Part shown: positions 1 to 9,422 of the stretch, one piece after another
Layout: each line of letters begins with the position of its first letter
How positions within the stretch are numbered: the stretch's first letter is position 1
Assembly (NCBI GenBank): GCA_040389905.1
Contig: JAZJZK010000008.1
Span: forward strand, 64,001-128,000
DNA: 64,000 nucleotides
DNA from: Gemmatimonadota bacterium
Lineage (GTDB): Bacteria > Gemmatimonadota > Gemmatimonadetes > Gemmatimonadales > Gemmatimonadaceae
Direction of reading: 5' to 3'
Notes under the pieces: model-generated
What the model saw: only the letters and a program-made list of their open reading frames with translations
Databases searched by the model: none
Told to the model about the DNA's origin: nothing
Position numbers and translations under genes: made by a program

Positions 1-2666
1 AGGCCCCCAATCCATGACGGTACGCCCTGTCCAAGGAAGACGGCCCCGGAGACGGAATCCGGCTGCGGCACTCCGTTCCGCAGCAGCAGGTTCCCCGCGC
101 CGTCGCGCAGGTACTGGGTTCCGAAGAGCGCCCCGAGCGAGTAGCCTGGCCGCGCTACAATGGAGAGCATGTCGATCGACGGTCCCAGCGCGATCGTCCC
201 GTTCGTGCCGGAGAGTCCGCCCACGGTATTGCTGTTCATCCCGAACGTCAGTCCTGCTCGCCACTCCAACCCGTTGTCCAGACGGAGCGGCACGAATGCC
301 ACCGTGGTCTCGATTCCATTGTTGCTCATCGAGCCAGTCCGCAGGTAGCCCGTTTCCGCCGGGAGCAGCAGATCATTGCTCCCTTCCCGATAGTACGTGA
401 GATCGAACGCGACGCGATCGTTCCAGAGTGCCGCCGACACGCCGGCCTCCAACGCGTTGGTCGTCTCCGGTGTCCCCAACGTCGGGCCGGTCACCGCTGG
501 GTCAATAAGCCCAAGTCGCTGAAGCGTCGCCGCAGTGGCGTCGTTGCCAGCGCGGGACCACCCGCCACGAACGACGAGCGACTGAAGCGTCCGCGTGCTC
601 CCAAGCGAGTCGGGGCGAATGACGCCGTACGACAATTGGACCGATGGGTAGATCGTGCCAACATGCGCCGCGGGCGACGGCGCAGCAGACTCGTAGCGCA
701 CGCCTGCCGAAAGTGCCGCGCGCTCACGGAACGTGGCGTCGATGCCGCCGAAGGCCAGGTCACTGCTCGAAGAACCGTTCCAGCTGGCGCTTGGCAGCGC
801 CTCCGCGGCGACCAGACGGTCGGTCGCCTGGATATAGAGATCGAGCGACTCGTTGCGGTGTCCCAGCCCGGCCGATGCCGACACCGCCAGCTCTCCCCGG
901 CGCGCGCTCGTGGTCTGCAGCATGGCGTCGTAGTTCAGCGCCGCGCGACGGATATTGGTGTTCTGCGAGCCACCGGTGGAGAAGTCGCCGCGCCCCTTGA
1001 AGTACGGAAACCCACCCATCCATCCGCCGGCCACCGAGAAGATGCGGTCGTCGGATGACCGGTCCGCGCCAATCGTGGCACTCCCAGTCAGCCAGCTCGT
1101 GAGGCTGACCGAGGTGGTCACGCCGAGGAGCGCCCGAAGCCGGTTGTCATGATTGTCGTTCTGGAGCGCAGCCCAGTACGGATTGTTCCGGCCATTGTAG
1201 TTCCAGCTCAGCTGCGCCGCCTTGAAGTCCCGCTGCAGTGTTTGATACGTCTGGACGTCGACCTGCCGGCCCATGTGGGAGAAGCCCGAAACCGGATTGC
1301 TCTCGTCGAACCCCGTGCCTGGGCGGTCCTGGGCCACCTCGTTGTAGATATGGAAGCTGCCGTCGACGGCGATACGGCTGGTCGCCTGCACGCCGCCGGA
1401 GAAGACCGCGTCGCGCCGCGTGAGTGTGCTCTGCGGCGTGATCCCGCTGGAGAAGCGGTTGCTGACCGCCGCACGAAAATGCCCTTGGTCATCGCCACCG
1501 AGCACGGCAACGTTTGTCGCGCGCGTCGATCCCCCCACGAAATAGCTGCTCACGTTGTCGGGTCGAGCGACCCACTGCCGTACATCCGGACGCCCCGCTT
1601 CGACCAGACTTGCCTGCAGCACCGCCGAGCCATCGAGCGCCGGGCCCCAACTCTGATCGGTCGCGTCGTTGACGCCGCCACCCTTTCCGTCGAAGAACGC
1701 GAAGGCGCCGCGGAGTCCCTGCCCATACGCGTTCTGATAGGAAGGCAGCCGGACGGCCGCCTCGCGCGTGATCTGCTGGTTCGCAGAAACGGCGAATCCG
1801 CGCAGCCCACGAGCGCTCTTCGTCGTGATGACGATGGCGCCATTCGCGCCTCGTCCCCCGAAACGCCGAGAGGCGGCTGGGCCGCGGACGACTTCGAGCG
1901 TGGCGATATCGTCGAGGTTGAGGTCGCCGATCGTCGTACCATAGTCGAAGCCGCCTTGCCCGACGCGCTGCAACGTTTCCGAGACGTTACTGTTGTCGGC
2001 GAGCACGCCGTCGACGACCACGAGCGGCTGCGTCAGTCCGATGATGGAGCGCGGTCCACGCACGATGAGCGAGCTCGCTCCGCCAAAGGTCGCCGCGGTT
2101 TGCACCTCGACGCCGGCCAGCCGGCCGGCGAGCGCGCTGGCGAGATCGGTCGAGCCGGCAACGTCGCCAAACACGAGGCTGTCGAGGATCGACGAGTGAA
2201 GGAGCGGCGCCGCACGTCCGGCTACTTCGACGGCCGCGACGTCTGGCGCCGTCGTTGCCGGCGTGGCTTCCGGAACACCAGTCGCCGGCGTCGTCCTGGG
2301 CGGATCCGTCCTTGGCGGTGTTCGTGCCGGCGGGGCGGTATTGATGTCGAAGTCGATATTCAGCGCGCCTCCGACCAACTGGATCGGAACATTCTGTGGT
2401 GGGAAGCGAAGGTACGATGCCGTGAGCTGGACCGTTTGACCGCGCACGCGAATGGACGGCACGATGAAGCTGTACCGCCCCTCGTCATTCGATGTGGAGC
2501 CCAGGTTCAGCGAATCGATGCGAATCTTGGCTCCGCGAACCGGAAGACCGGCAGAGGACACGTGTCCGGTGATGGTGACGGCTTCCTGAGCGGCGGAGCT
2601 CAGCGACACGAGAGTCAGAAGCAGCAGGGAGCAGATGCCGGGACCGCAGATGCGGCGCGTGATCAC
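1..2666 (-). CDS. SusC/RagA family TonB-dependent outer membrane receptor (3' end lies outside the window)
   Basis: Not in the ORF track. Manual translation from GTG at 2666 (GAGG upstream) gives a signal peptide, the N-terminal domain VTITGHV...GRYSF, plug motifs LAGRLAGVEV, QPLVVVDGV, DLNLDDIATLEVVRGPAAS...GANGAIVITTK, then LPSYQNAYGQG...SWGPALDG. The same frame reads FLGQGVPSWIGG at the window edge. The middle of the gene was only spot-checked. Confidence 0.9.
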   Translation of the reverse strand, partial: MITRRICGPGICSLLLLTLVSLSSAAQEAVTITGHVSSAGLPVRGAKIRIDSLNLGSTSNDEGRYSFIVPSIRVRGQTVQLTASYLRFPPQNVPIQLVGGALNIDFDINTAPPARTPPRTDPPRTTPATGVPEATPATTAPDVAAVEVAGRAAPLLHSSILDSLVFGDVAGSTDLASALAGRLAGVEVQTAATFGGASSLIVRGPRSIIGLTQPLVVVDGVLADNSNVSETLQRVGQGGFDYGTTIGDLNLDDIATLEVVRGPAASRRFGGRGANGAIVITTKSARGLRGFAVSANQQITREAAVRLPSYQNAYGQGLRGAFAFFDGKGGGVNDATDQSWGPALDGSAVLQASLVEAGRPDVRQWVARPDNVSSYFVGGSTRATNVAVLGGDDQGHFRAAVSNRFSSGITPQSTLTRRDAVFSGGVQATSRIAVDGSFHIYNEVAQDRPGTGFDESNPVSGFSHMGRQVDVQTYQTLQRDFKAAQLSWNYNGRNNPYWAALQNDNHDNRLRALLGVTTSVSLTSWLTGSATIGADRSSDDRIFSVAGGWMGGFPYFKGRGDFSTGGSQNTNIRRAALNYDAMLQTTSARRGELAVSASAGLGHRNESLDLYIQATDRLVAAEALPSASWNGSSSSDLAFGGIDATFRERAALSAGVRYESAAPSPAAHVGTIYPSVQLSYGVIRPDSLGSTRTLQSLVVRGGWSRAGNDATAATLQRLGLIDPAVTGPTLGTPETTNALEAGVSAALWNDRVAFDLTYYREGSNDLLLPAETGYLRTGSMSNNGIETTVAFVPLRLDNGLEWRAGLTFGMNSNTVGGLSGTNGTIALGPSIDMLSIVARPGYSLGALFGTQYLRDGAGNLLLRNGVPQPDSVSGAVFLGQGVPSWIGG

Positions 2667-2776
2667 CGAATGGGACCTCGTAAAAAGACGCGAAGGGCTA
2701 GCCGGTCGAGACAATGATCGGCACTCGTGAAAAAGTAGGCACCGGGACACGCCGGTGAAGGATGCCGCGTGAGAAG

Positions 2777-4849
2777 TCAGGGTGTCACGGACTTGACGAT
2801 GAGCTTCGGCGTCAGCCGCGCGGCGATGGTGCTGTCCGCCGCGAGCTCGCCCACGTTATTGAGCCCCCAGCACGCGGCGGCGCCGTCGGTCGTGAGACCG
2901 CACGTGTGTCCTAACCCCGCACTAAGTGTCTTGAACTTGAGCGGAGTGGAAACCAGGGTGGGATTCGGGCGCTCGACCACGGAACTGTCACCGACCTGGC
3001 CGCCCGTGTTGTTACCCCAACAGTATGCTGTCCCATCGGCAGTCAGTCCGCACGCATGGAAACCGCCGGCGGTGATCGACGTGAAGTCCGGAGCGGTGGG
3101 GTACGTCCGCGGGCTGAGCACGGCTGTGGACCCGGTTCCGAGATTCCCCCAGCAATACACGCGTCCGACCGCCGTGAGCCCGCAAGTGAAGCTTGCGCCA
3201 GCCGAGAGCGACTTGAAGGTCAGGACCCCGGACACAGCGGTTGGCGACGTCTTGCTCGCCGTCGTGCCATCACCCAATTGTCCGTTGCCGTTGATGCCCC
3301 AGCAGAAGATCGAGCCCTCGAGTGAGAGGCCGCACGTGTGCGCGGCACCTGACGACACTTGCGCGAACTTGAAGCCTCCGGACACCACCCCCGGCGCCAA
3401 GCGGATCTTCGTCGAACGATCACCAAGCTGCCCCTGAGAATTGTCACCCCAGCAATACGCGAGCTGATCGGCCGCAATCGCGCAGGTGTGCGCCTGTCCG
3501 GGCGCCACGCTGGTCCACGCGAGTGAGCTCGATACCTTCGACGGCACCGGCGCCGTGGTGAGCTTCGTACCGGTGGTCGTGTCGGGGAAAGAGTTTGGCC
3601 CCCAGCAATACAGGAACTGGTCGACGGCGATGCCGCAGAAGTGGCTGGGGTTGGTGGGACCCGTCGCGATATTGATGAACTTGATGCCGCCGGAAGTGGG
3701 TGTTGGCACGTACTTGTTGACGGCGCTGCTATCCCCCACCGCGGGCTCCAGCCCCCAGCAACTCGCCGAGCCGTCGACCTCGAGGGCACACGTGCCGAAG
3801 CCACCAGCCACGATCTCGGTGGGCGTATAGAATACGGGGGTGCCGGTGGCGGTCGCCGTCAACGTCACGGTCGCCAGCTCCACCTTGGCAACGAGCATCT
3901 GTACCCCGGGCGTCTCGCCGAGCGTCCAGACACCTGGCGAAGCGGTGCCGTCAGCTCCGGTCGAGACGACTTGAGCGGCAACCTTACCGCCCCCGGTGAC
4001 CGCAAAGGTGACGGGCACTCCCAATCTCGGCTTGCCGAGTGAATCGACGAGACGAACGGACGGGGGCGTTGGTAGCCCGGAGAGCACAACACCGGTTTGG
4101 CCGTCGCCCTCGACAGCCGTGAGCGCGGCGTACGTTCGAAGGGCGAACGTTGCAACGCTCGATGACACGGAGGTCAACGGATGGTCCTCTTCGCCGAGCA
4201 GCGTGGCGGTGGCCGTATTCAGATCAGCCGTGGGGCCGAGTTTCCACTCTGCCGCGGCGACGCCGTTGCGATCGGTCGTCGCGATCGCCGGCGAAATGGT
4301 GCCGCCGCCGCGGGTGACCGCAAAGGCCACGCGAACCGGCACGGTCAGCGGCTTGCCAAGCGCGTCACTCACGAGGACATGGATGGAGTCCGCGGTCGCG
4401 CCCGGATTGACCGCTGTTGGCGGTGTAAACAGGTACGCGTCGATCTTGTCGGCCCCAACGTGCACGACGCGAATCGCTACAGGGGCCGAAATCACGTTGA
4501 GCGCGCTGGCGACGATGGTGGTGGTACCGGTGTCGATCGCGGTGAGGCGGCCGTTGATGTCGATCGTCGCGACGTTCTCCGCGAGGCTGCGCCAGGCGAG
4601 GGGAATGTTCGTGAGCGTCACACCCTGCTTGTTTCTGACGGTGGCGGCCATCGTGAGGTGAAAGCCTTTCTCGACCGTCACGTTCCCATTGGTGATGGCG
4701 ATCTGGCCGATGTCGATGGGCGGTTCTGTGATGGGCGTCACATCCTTCGTGCACGCCGTCGCCACGATTGAGCAAAGCACGGCGAGGAGGGCGTGACGGC
4801 GGGCGTGGACAGCGAGCACGGCAGGCGCTGCCGGCGAAACGAGCGACAT
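2777..4849 (-). CDS. Lipoprotein with Ig-like (Big) domains and C-terminal RCC1/BLIP-II-type repeats
   Basis: Start moved to ATG 4849 (MSLVSPAA...LLAVLCSIVATAC, lipobox-like). Big_2-like WRSLAENVATIDINGRLTA and about 7 repeats of GxxHTCGLxxxGxxYCWGxNxxGQLGD. Confidence 0.85.
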   Translation of the reverse strand: MSLVSPAAPAVLAVHARRHALLAVLCSIVATACTKDVTPITEPPIDIGQIAITNGNVTVEKGFHLTMAATVRNKQGVTLTNIPLAWRSLAENVATIDINGRLTAIDTGTTTIVASALNVISAPVAIRVVHVGADKIDAYLFTPPTAVNPGATADSIHVLVSDALGKPLTVPVRVAFAVTRGGGTISPAIATTDRNGVAAAEWKLGPTADLNTATATLLGEEDHPLTSVSSSVATFALRTYAALTAVEGDGQTGVVLSGLPTPPSVRLVDSLGKPRLGVPVTFAVTGGGKVAAQVVSTGADGTASPGVWTLGETPGVQMLVAKVELATVTLTATATGTPVFYTPTEIVAGGFGTCALEVDGSASCWGLEPAVGDSSAVNKYVPTPTSGGIKFINIATGPTNPSHFCGIAVDQFLYCWGPNSFPDTTTGTKLTTAPVPSKVSSSLAWTSVAPGQAHTCAIAADQLAYCWGDNSQGQLGDRSTKIRLAPGVVSGGFKFAQVSSGAAHTCGLSLEGSIFCWGINGNGQLGDGTTASKTSPTAVSGVLTFKSLSAGASFTCGLTAVGRVYCWGNLGTGSTAVLSPRTYPTAPDFTSITAGGFHACGLTADGTAYCWGNNTGGQVGDSSVVERPNPTLVSTPLKFKTLSAGLGHTCGLTTDGAAACWGLNNVGELAADSTIAARLTPKLIVKSVTP

Positions 4850-5135
4850 GAATGGTTTCACGTGTTGCGCGAGAGGGAAACGGCGGCCAAGTCGTGGGTG
4901 GAACGAGGGAACTTGCGCCGTTGGTGGACCGGCAGTCTTCATTCGGTGTAGAAATCCGGAAACCAATTGCGCTTTGTACCGTAAAGTAACTTGTTCTTTC
5001 CAATGTGCCCTTTCGACAGCGCGCCTCGTCCTGAATTCGTACACTTCAGACGCGGGCCTGATCCGACGGTCACAGCTTGGACTAGCGGCTGAAGCAAGAT
5101 TGCCGCGCGCTAATCCGCATGCAATTAGAGAGTAG

Positions 5136-5906
5136 ATGATTTTTCGCCGACTGCGCTGGTTTGTTTCGTCCGTATCACTCGTACTGTGTGGCGCCGCTGC
5201 CACGGTTGGGGGGCAACAGCCTCTCGTACCGGACGCCGGCGCCGGACTGGAGCTTCGTGCAACGCTCGAAGCGGAAGCGGTCAAAGCCGAGTCGCTCCAT
5301 CGGAACGCGGAGGCATTCCTCCTGCGAACGCGGCTGATTCGAGGCGACTTTCAGGAGGGTGACCGCGTGGTGGTGCAGTTGCTCGGATCGGTGCAGGCGC
5401 CGGCGGGCACGAACGACACCGTCACGATTCGGGCGGGGAAGCTTCTGCCCATGGGCGCGCAATTCGGGGATGTTCCGCTCGAGGGCGTGTTACGGTCCGA
5501 GATCACCGAAAAGGTGTCGGCCCACCTTGGCCGCTTCCTGCAGAACTCGGCGGTGAAGGTCACCACCTTGCTGCGGCTGTCCGTGCAGGGGATGGTGCGG
5601 GGCCCAGGGTATTATTATGTGGCGCCGGATGTGCTGCTGAGTGACGTGATCATGAAAGCTGGCGGCCCCGCGACCAACACGGAGTTCGGACCGATGACGA
5701 TCCGCCGGAGTGGAGAACTCTTCTGGAGTGCCGATGATACAAAAACGGCGCTGACGGAGGGAATGTCTCTCGATAGACTTCATCTCAAGTCGGGCGATGA
5801 GCTTCTCATCGAGCCGCCGTCCGGCTTCGGCTGGCAGTCCGTGCTGTCGGTGTTCGGTGCCGTATCGGGGCTCATTTACACCTTGCAGCGCTTCTTGCTC
5901 CGATGA
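5136..5906 (+). CDS. Polysaccharide export protein (Wza/OPX-like, SLBB domain)
   Basis: FQEGDRVVV...GDVPLEGV and SLBB SVQGMVRGPGYY...DVIMKAGG...LKSGDELLI; C-terminal hydrophobic helix; directly upstream of wzc. Confidence 0.8.
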   Translation: MIFRRLRWFVSSVSLVLCGAAATVGGQQPLVPDAGAGLELRATLEAEAVKAESLHRNAEAFLLRTRLIRGDFQEGDRVVVQLLGSVQAPAGTNDTVTIRAGKLLPMGAQFGDVPLEGVLRSEITEKVSAHLGRFLQNSAVKVTTLLRLSVQGMVRGPGYYYVAPDVLLSDVIMKAGGPATNTEFGPMTIRRSGELFWSADDTKTALTEGMSLDRLHLKSGDELLIEPPSGFGWQSVLSVFGAVSGLIYTLQRFLLR

Positions 5907-5972
5907 CCGCAACCGGAGCCGTGCCGTTCACGTCCGCAGAGTTTTCAAGGCAATTCGCAGAGATCGTCCATT

Positions 5973-8357
5973 ATGGCTGAGGATGCAATTCCATATCAGT
6001 TGGCGTCGGGCGTCCACATCCCGTCGGACGGGGGTGGATGGGGCGACACGCCAACCATCGCGCCCCGGTCGTTCCTGGAGCGCCCGCTCGCTGCACTGCG
6101 CCGCTACAAGTGGTTGGCGCTGGCGCTGTTCCTGCTCGCACTGACCGGTGGCATCGTCGCGCTACGTTACATCAGGGCCGAGTACGAGGTCCGCGCGACG
6201 ATTTCGATTCAGTCCGAGACGCCGATGCAGGATCGCAGCGGCCCGATGCGATCGCGCGAGCTGCTCAATTCCGGCGCGTGGGTCGAACTGCTCAAGAGCT
6301 ACCGAATCTCCGACGCCGTCGTCCGCAAGCTTGCGCTGTACGTCAAAGCGGACAAGGATGCCGATTCGACTGTGCTCCGCAATTTCTCTGCGGGGAGCAT
6401 GTTCATTCCTGGCACTTATACGTTGAAGGTCGACAAGAAGCGCACGCGCTGGAATCTTGCGCTCGAGGATGCTCCGGTCACGGACAGTGGTGCCGTCGGC
6501 GATTCCATCGGGCGGCGCCTCGGCTTCCAGTGGTTGCCGACCCCCGCCGTCCTTTCGAAGATCGCGGGCAAGGAGATGAAGTTCACGGTATCGACGCCGC
6601 GTGAAACGTCGATCCAGCTCATCAAGCGGCTGAATTCGAAGCTCACGATGGGGAGCAACTTCATGTGGCTGTCGCTGCAGGATCCCAATCCGCAGCTGGC
6701 GGCGCGTACGATGAACACGTGGGTAACGGAATACGTTGGTGTCGCCGCGGAACTGAAGCGCAAGAACCTCACGGACTTTGCGAGCATTCTTGGCGGCCAG
6801 CTGCAGTTTGCGGAAGCGTCGTTGCACGAGGCAGAAGCGGCGCTCGAGAACTTCCGCGTCCATACGATCACACTGCCAGCGGAAGGTGCCCCAGTGGCCG
6901 CCGGTCTCGAGATGACGCGCGATCCGGCCATGCGGAGCTTCTTCGAGAAGAAGATCGAGTACGACAATCTGCGACACGATCGCGAGCAGCTCGAGAAAAC
7001 GATTGCGGGCGCGGCGGCGGGCACGACTCCATATCAGTCGCTGTTGCTGATCCCGAGCGTGGTGCAGAGCCCCGTGAGCAAGGAGCTGCAGCAAAGCTTC
7101 GAACTGATGATCAAGTATCAAGCGGATATCAATTCCGCCCTGCAGATCTACAAGGCGGACTACCCGCCCGTGAAGGACCTCCAGAACGCGCTCAACACGC
7201 TCAAGACCAAGACCGTGCCCGCGCAGGCAGAGGTGATCCTCGGCCAGATGCGCGAGCGCGAGAAGGATCTGGAAGGGCGTATCGGCAACCAGTCGAACGA
7301 CCTCGAGGCCATTCCGACGCGGACGATCGAGGAAATGCGTCTCCGCCGTCAGGTTGCTGTTGCGGAAGGTCTGTTCACCACGCTCAAGAGCAGACACGCC
7401 GAGGCGAAGCTGGCCGAGGCGAGCGCGAGTCCCGACGTGGACATCCTTGATTCCGCGGTTGCGCCACTCAAGCCGACGAAAAACACCGCGCCCTTCATTC
7501 TCGGCGTCGCGGTGCTGGGCGGACTTGCCGTGGCAATCGGCATGGCGCTCCTGCTCGACAAGATGGACAAGCGCATTCGCTACCCGGAGCAGTCGCAGAA
7601 CGACCTGGGCCTGCCGATCAATGGAACGGTGCCGCAGCTGCCGAAGGGTGGCGCGGACAACCAGACGCCTGAGCAGATCTCGCAGCTCGTCGAATCGTTC
7701 CGAACGCTGCGCATGAACGTGATGAATACCGGCGGTCGCCAGATTGCGCTCGCGGTGTCGAGTCCATCGCCGGGCGATGGCAAGTCATTCATCACGTCGA
7801 ATCTGGCGATGTCGTTTGCCGACGCAGGGTTCCGCACGCTGCTCGTCGATGGCGATACGCGTCGCGGTACGTTGCACGACCTGTTCGGCGTTCCGCGGGC
7901 CCTGGGGCTCACGGATTACCTGTCGGGCGCAGCGGACCAGAGCTCGATCGTGCACGCCACGGGATACGAGAATCTGATGTTCGTTCCCACGGGAACGCTG
8001 CATCGCCGGAGCCCGGAGCTGCTGACGTCACCGGCGTTGGCGAAACTCGTGGCCGAACTTCGCGGGCGGTACGACGTCGTGTTGTTCGACACGCCGCCGC
8101 TTGCGGCCGGCGTCGATGCCTATGCGATTGCGGCAGCGACGGGTAGCCTGCTGGTCGTGCTGCGTATCGGGCAGACGGAGCGCCGAATGGCGGCCACGAA
8201 GCTGGCGTTGGTCGACCGGTTGCCGATCACGGTGATCGGCTCGGTGTTGAACGCCGCTCCGACGGATGGGGAGTACGAGTACTATGGATACGTTGCCGGG
8301 TATGGGACGGAGGAGTTCAACCAGTCCGGCAAACAGGTTGCGCAAATCGAAGGATAA
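5973..8357 (+). CDS. wzc: Polysaccharide co-polymerase / tyrosine autokinase (Wzc)
   Basis: Two TM helices flanking a coiled-coil region; ESFRTLR, Walker A SPSPGDGKS, LLVDGDTRR, VLFDTPP, C-terminal Tyr cluster EYEYYGYVAGY. Confidence 0.93.
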   Translation: MAEDAIPYQLASGVHIPSDGGGWGDTPTIAPRSFLERPLAALRRYKWLALALFLLALTGGIVALRYIRAEYEVRATISIQSETPMQDRSGPMRSRELLNSGAWVELLKSYRISDAVVRKLALYVKADKDADSTVLRNFSAGSMFIPGTYTLKVDKKRTRWNLALEDAPVTDSGAVGDSIGRRLGFQWLPTPAVLSKIAGKEMKFTVSTPRETSIQLIKRLNSKLTMGSNFMWLSLQDPNPQLAARTMNTWVTEYVGVAAELKRKNLTDFASILGGQLQFAEASLHEAEAALENFRVHTITLPAEGAPVAAGLEMTRDPAMRSFFEKKIEYDNLRHDREQLEKTIAGAAAGTTPYQSLLLIPSVVQSPVSKELQQSFELMIKYQADINSALQIYKADYPPVKDLQNALNTLKTKTVPAQAEVILGQMREREKDLEGRIGNQSNDLEAIPTRTIEEMRLRRQVAVAEGLFTTLKSRHAEAKLAEASASPDVDILDSAVAPLKPTKNTAPFILGVAVLGGLAVAIGMALLLDKMDKRIRYPEQSQNDLGLPINGTVPQLPKGGADNQTPEQISQLVESFRTLRMNVMNTGGRQIALAVSSPSPGDGKSFITSNLAMSFADAGFRTLLVDGDTRRGTLHDLFGVPRALGLTDYLSGAADQSSIVHATGYENLMFVPTGTLHRRSPELLTSPALAKLVAELRGRYDVVLFDTPPLAAGVDAYAIAAATGSLLVVLRIGQTERRMAATKLALVDRLPITVIGSVLNAAPTDGEYEYYGYVAGYGTEEFNQSGKQVAQIEG

Positions 8358-8366
8358 TCGTCTTTT

Positions 8367-8416
8367 TGGTGTGTAGCGCACGCGCCTTTATTCTGTGGCG
8401 CCGACGCTACACACCA
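8367..8416. repeat. Intergenic inverted repeat (12-bp perfect outer stem, 5-bp inner stem)
   Basis: TGGTGTGTAGCG (8367-8378) / CGCTACACACCA (8405-8416); inner GCGCC/GGCGC. No U-tract follows on either strand. Confidence 0.75.
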
Positions 8417-8531
8417 TTGACTGATCAGGTTGTTTCTCCTGCCAGACTGATCATCCCAAGTTATTACCACGTAAGAAGTTACGCCGATTGTCGGTGACTG
8501 CTCTCGCGAGCACGCCTAGTGCAGATGCTGT

Positions 8532-9422
8532 GTGCAACAACATCATGATATTTCGCGGCGACACGCCGTGCTGAACGGTTCGACGGGGGGCCATTCCAGG
8601 ATGCAGGGTGCTGTTTCGGTAGTTATCGAACTACCAGCAACGATACGCCGTCGCGGCGAGCGAACTGACCGGGGTGCAAACGGTGGGTTGGCGGGCGCGA
8701 GCGAAATCGCCGTCGAGCGGCCGCGCATCTCGCTCGAGGCAGACGCTGGCCGCTTGGTCATCGACGATGTGATTCCGCGTGAGCGGTCACAGCTGCTCAG
8801 CAGAATCCTGAACGTCTCGGTGGCGCTCTTGGCGACGTTGATCCTGTCGCCACTCCTCACGCTCATTGCGTTAGCGGTCAAGCTCACCTCGAACGGTCCG
8901 GTGTTCTATTCGCAGGTTCGTGTGGGCGTCGACCGGCGATATCGCCAGAATGCAGCGTTCGACCGTCGCGGATATGACCACGGTGGAAAGCCATTCATGA
9001 TGTTCAAGTTCCGCACGATGAAGGTGGATGCGGAGAAGGACGGCAAGGCGGTATGGGCGGTTCGGAAGGACCCGCGAGTCACGGTGATTGGAAATCTCCT
9101 GCGCAAGACGCGTCTGGATGAGCTGCCGCAGCTGCTCAACGTCATACGGGGCGACATGAACGTCGTCGGCCCGCGTCCGGAGCGGCCGACCATTTTCGCC
9201 GACCTGCGCCGTACGATTCCCGAGTACTCGTTCCGCCAACGCGTGAAGCCCGGGATCACCGGGTGGGCACAGATCAACCAGGCGTATGACGCGTGTCTCG
9301 ACGACGTGCGCCGAAAGGTTCAGCTGGATATCGAGTACATTCGCCGGCAGAGCCTCACGCACGATATCCGGATCATGGCCATGACGCTCCCGGTCATGAT
9401 ATTCCGTCGGGGTGCCAACTGA
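8532..9422 (+). CDS. Priming phosphoglycosyl transferase (bacterial sugar transferase family)
   Basis: GPVFYSQVRVG, FKFRTM, DPRVT, RLDELPQLLNV, GPRPERP, KPGITGWAQ. Start uncertain (GTG 8532 or ATG 8601). Confidence 0.93.
   Translation: MQQHHDISRRHAVLNGSTGGHSRMQGAVSVVIELPATIRRRGERTDRGANGGLAGASEIAVERPRISLEADAGRLVIDDVIPRERSQLLSRILNVSVALLATLILSPLLTLIALAVKLTSNGPVFYSQVRVGVDRRYRQNAAFDRRGYDHGGKPFMMFKFRTMKVDAEKDGKAVWAVRKDPRVTVIGNLLRKTRLDELPQLLNVIRGDMNVVGPRPERPTIFADLRRTIPEYSFRQRVKPGITGWAQINQAYDACLDDVRRKVQLDIEYIRRQSLTHDIRIMAMTLPVMIFRRGAN

Noticed and set aside
1149..2717. 522-aa plus-strand ORF and many similar long ORFs (e.g. 6162-7397, 40135-41538, 52713-53843, 60668-62002)
   Set aside because: Antisense or alternate-frame shadows of well-supported genes in high-GC DNA; Arg-rich and without motifs.
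5805..5906. PEP-CTERM-like sorting signal at the end of the Wza-like protein (EPPS-TM-RFLLR)
   Set aside because: No PEP motif; better explained as the C-terminal helix of an OPX protein.
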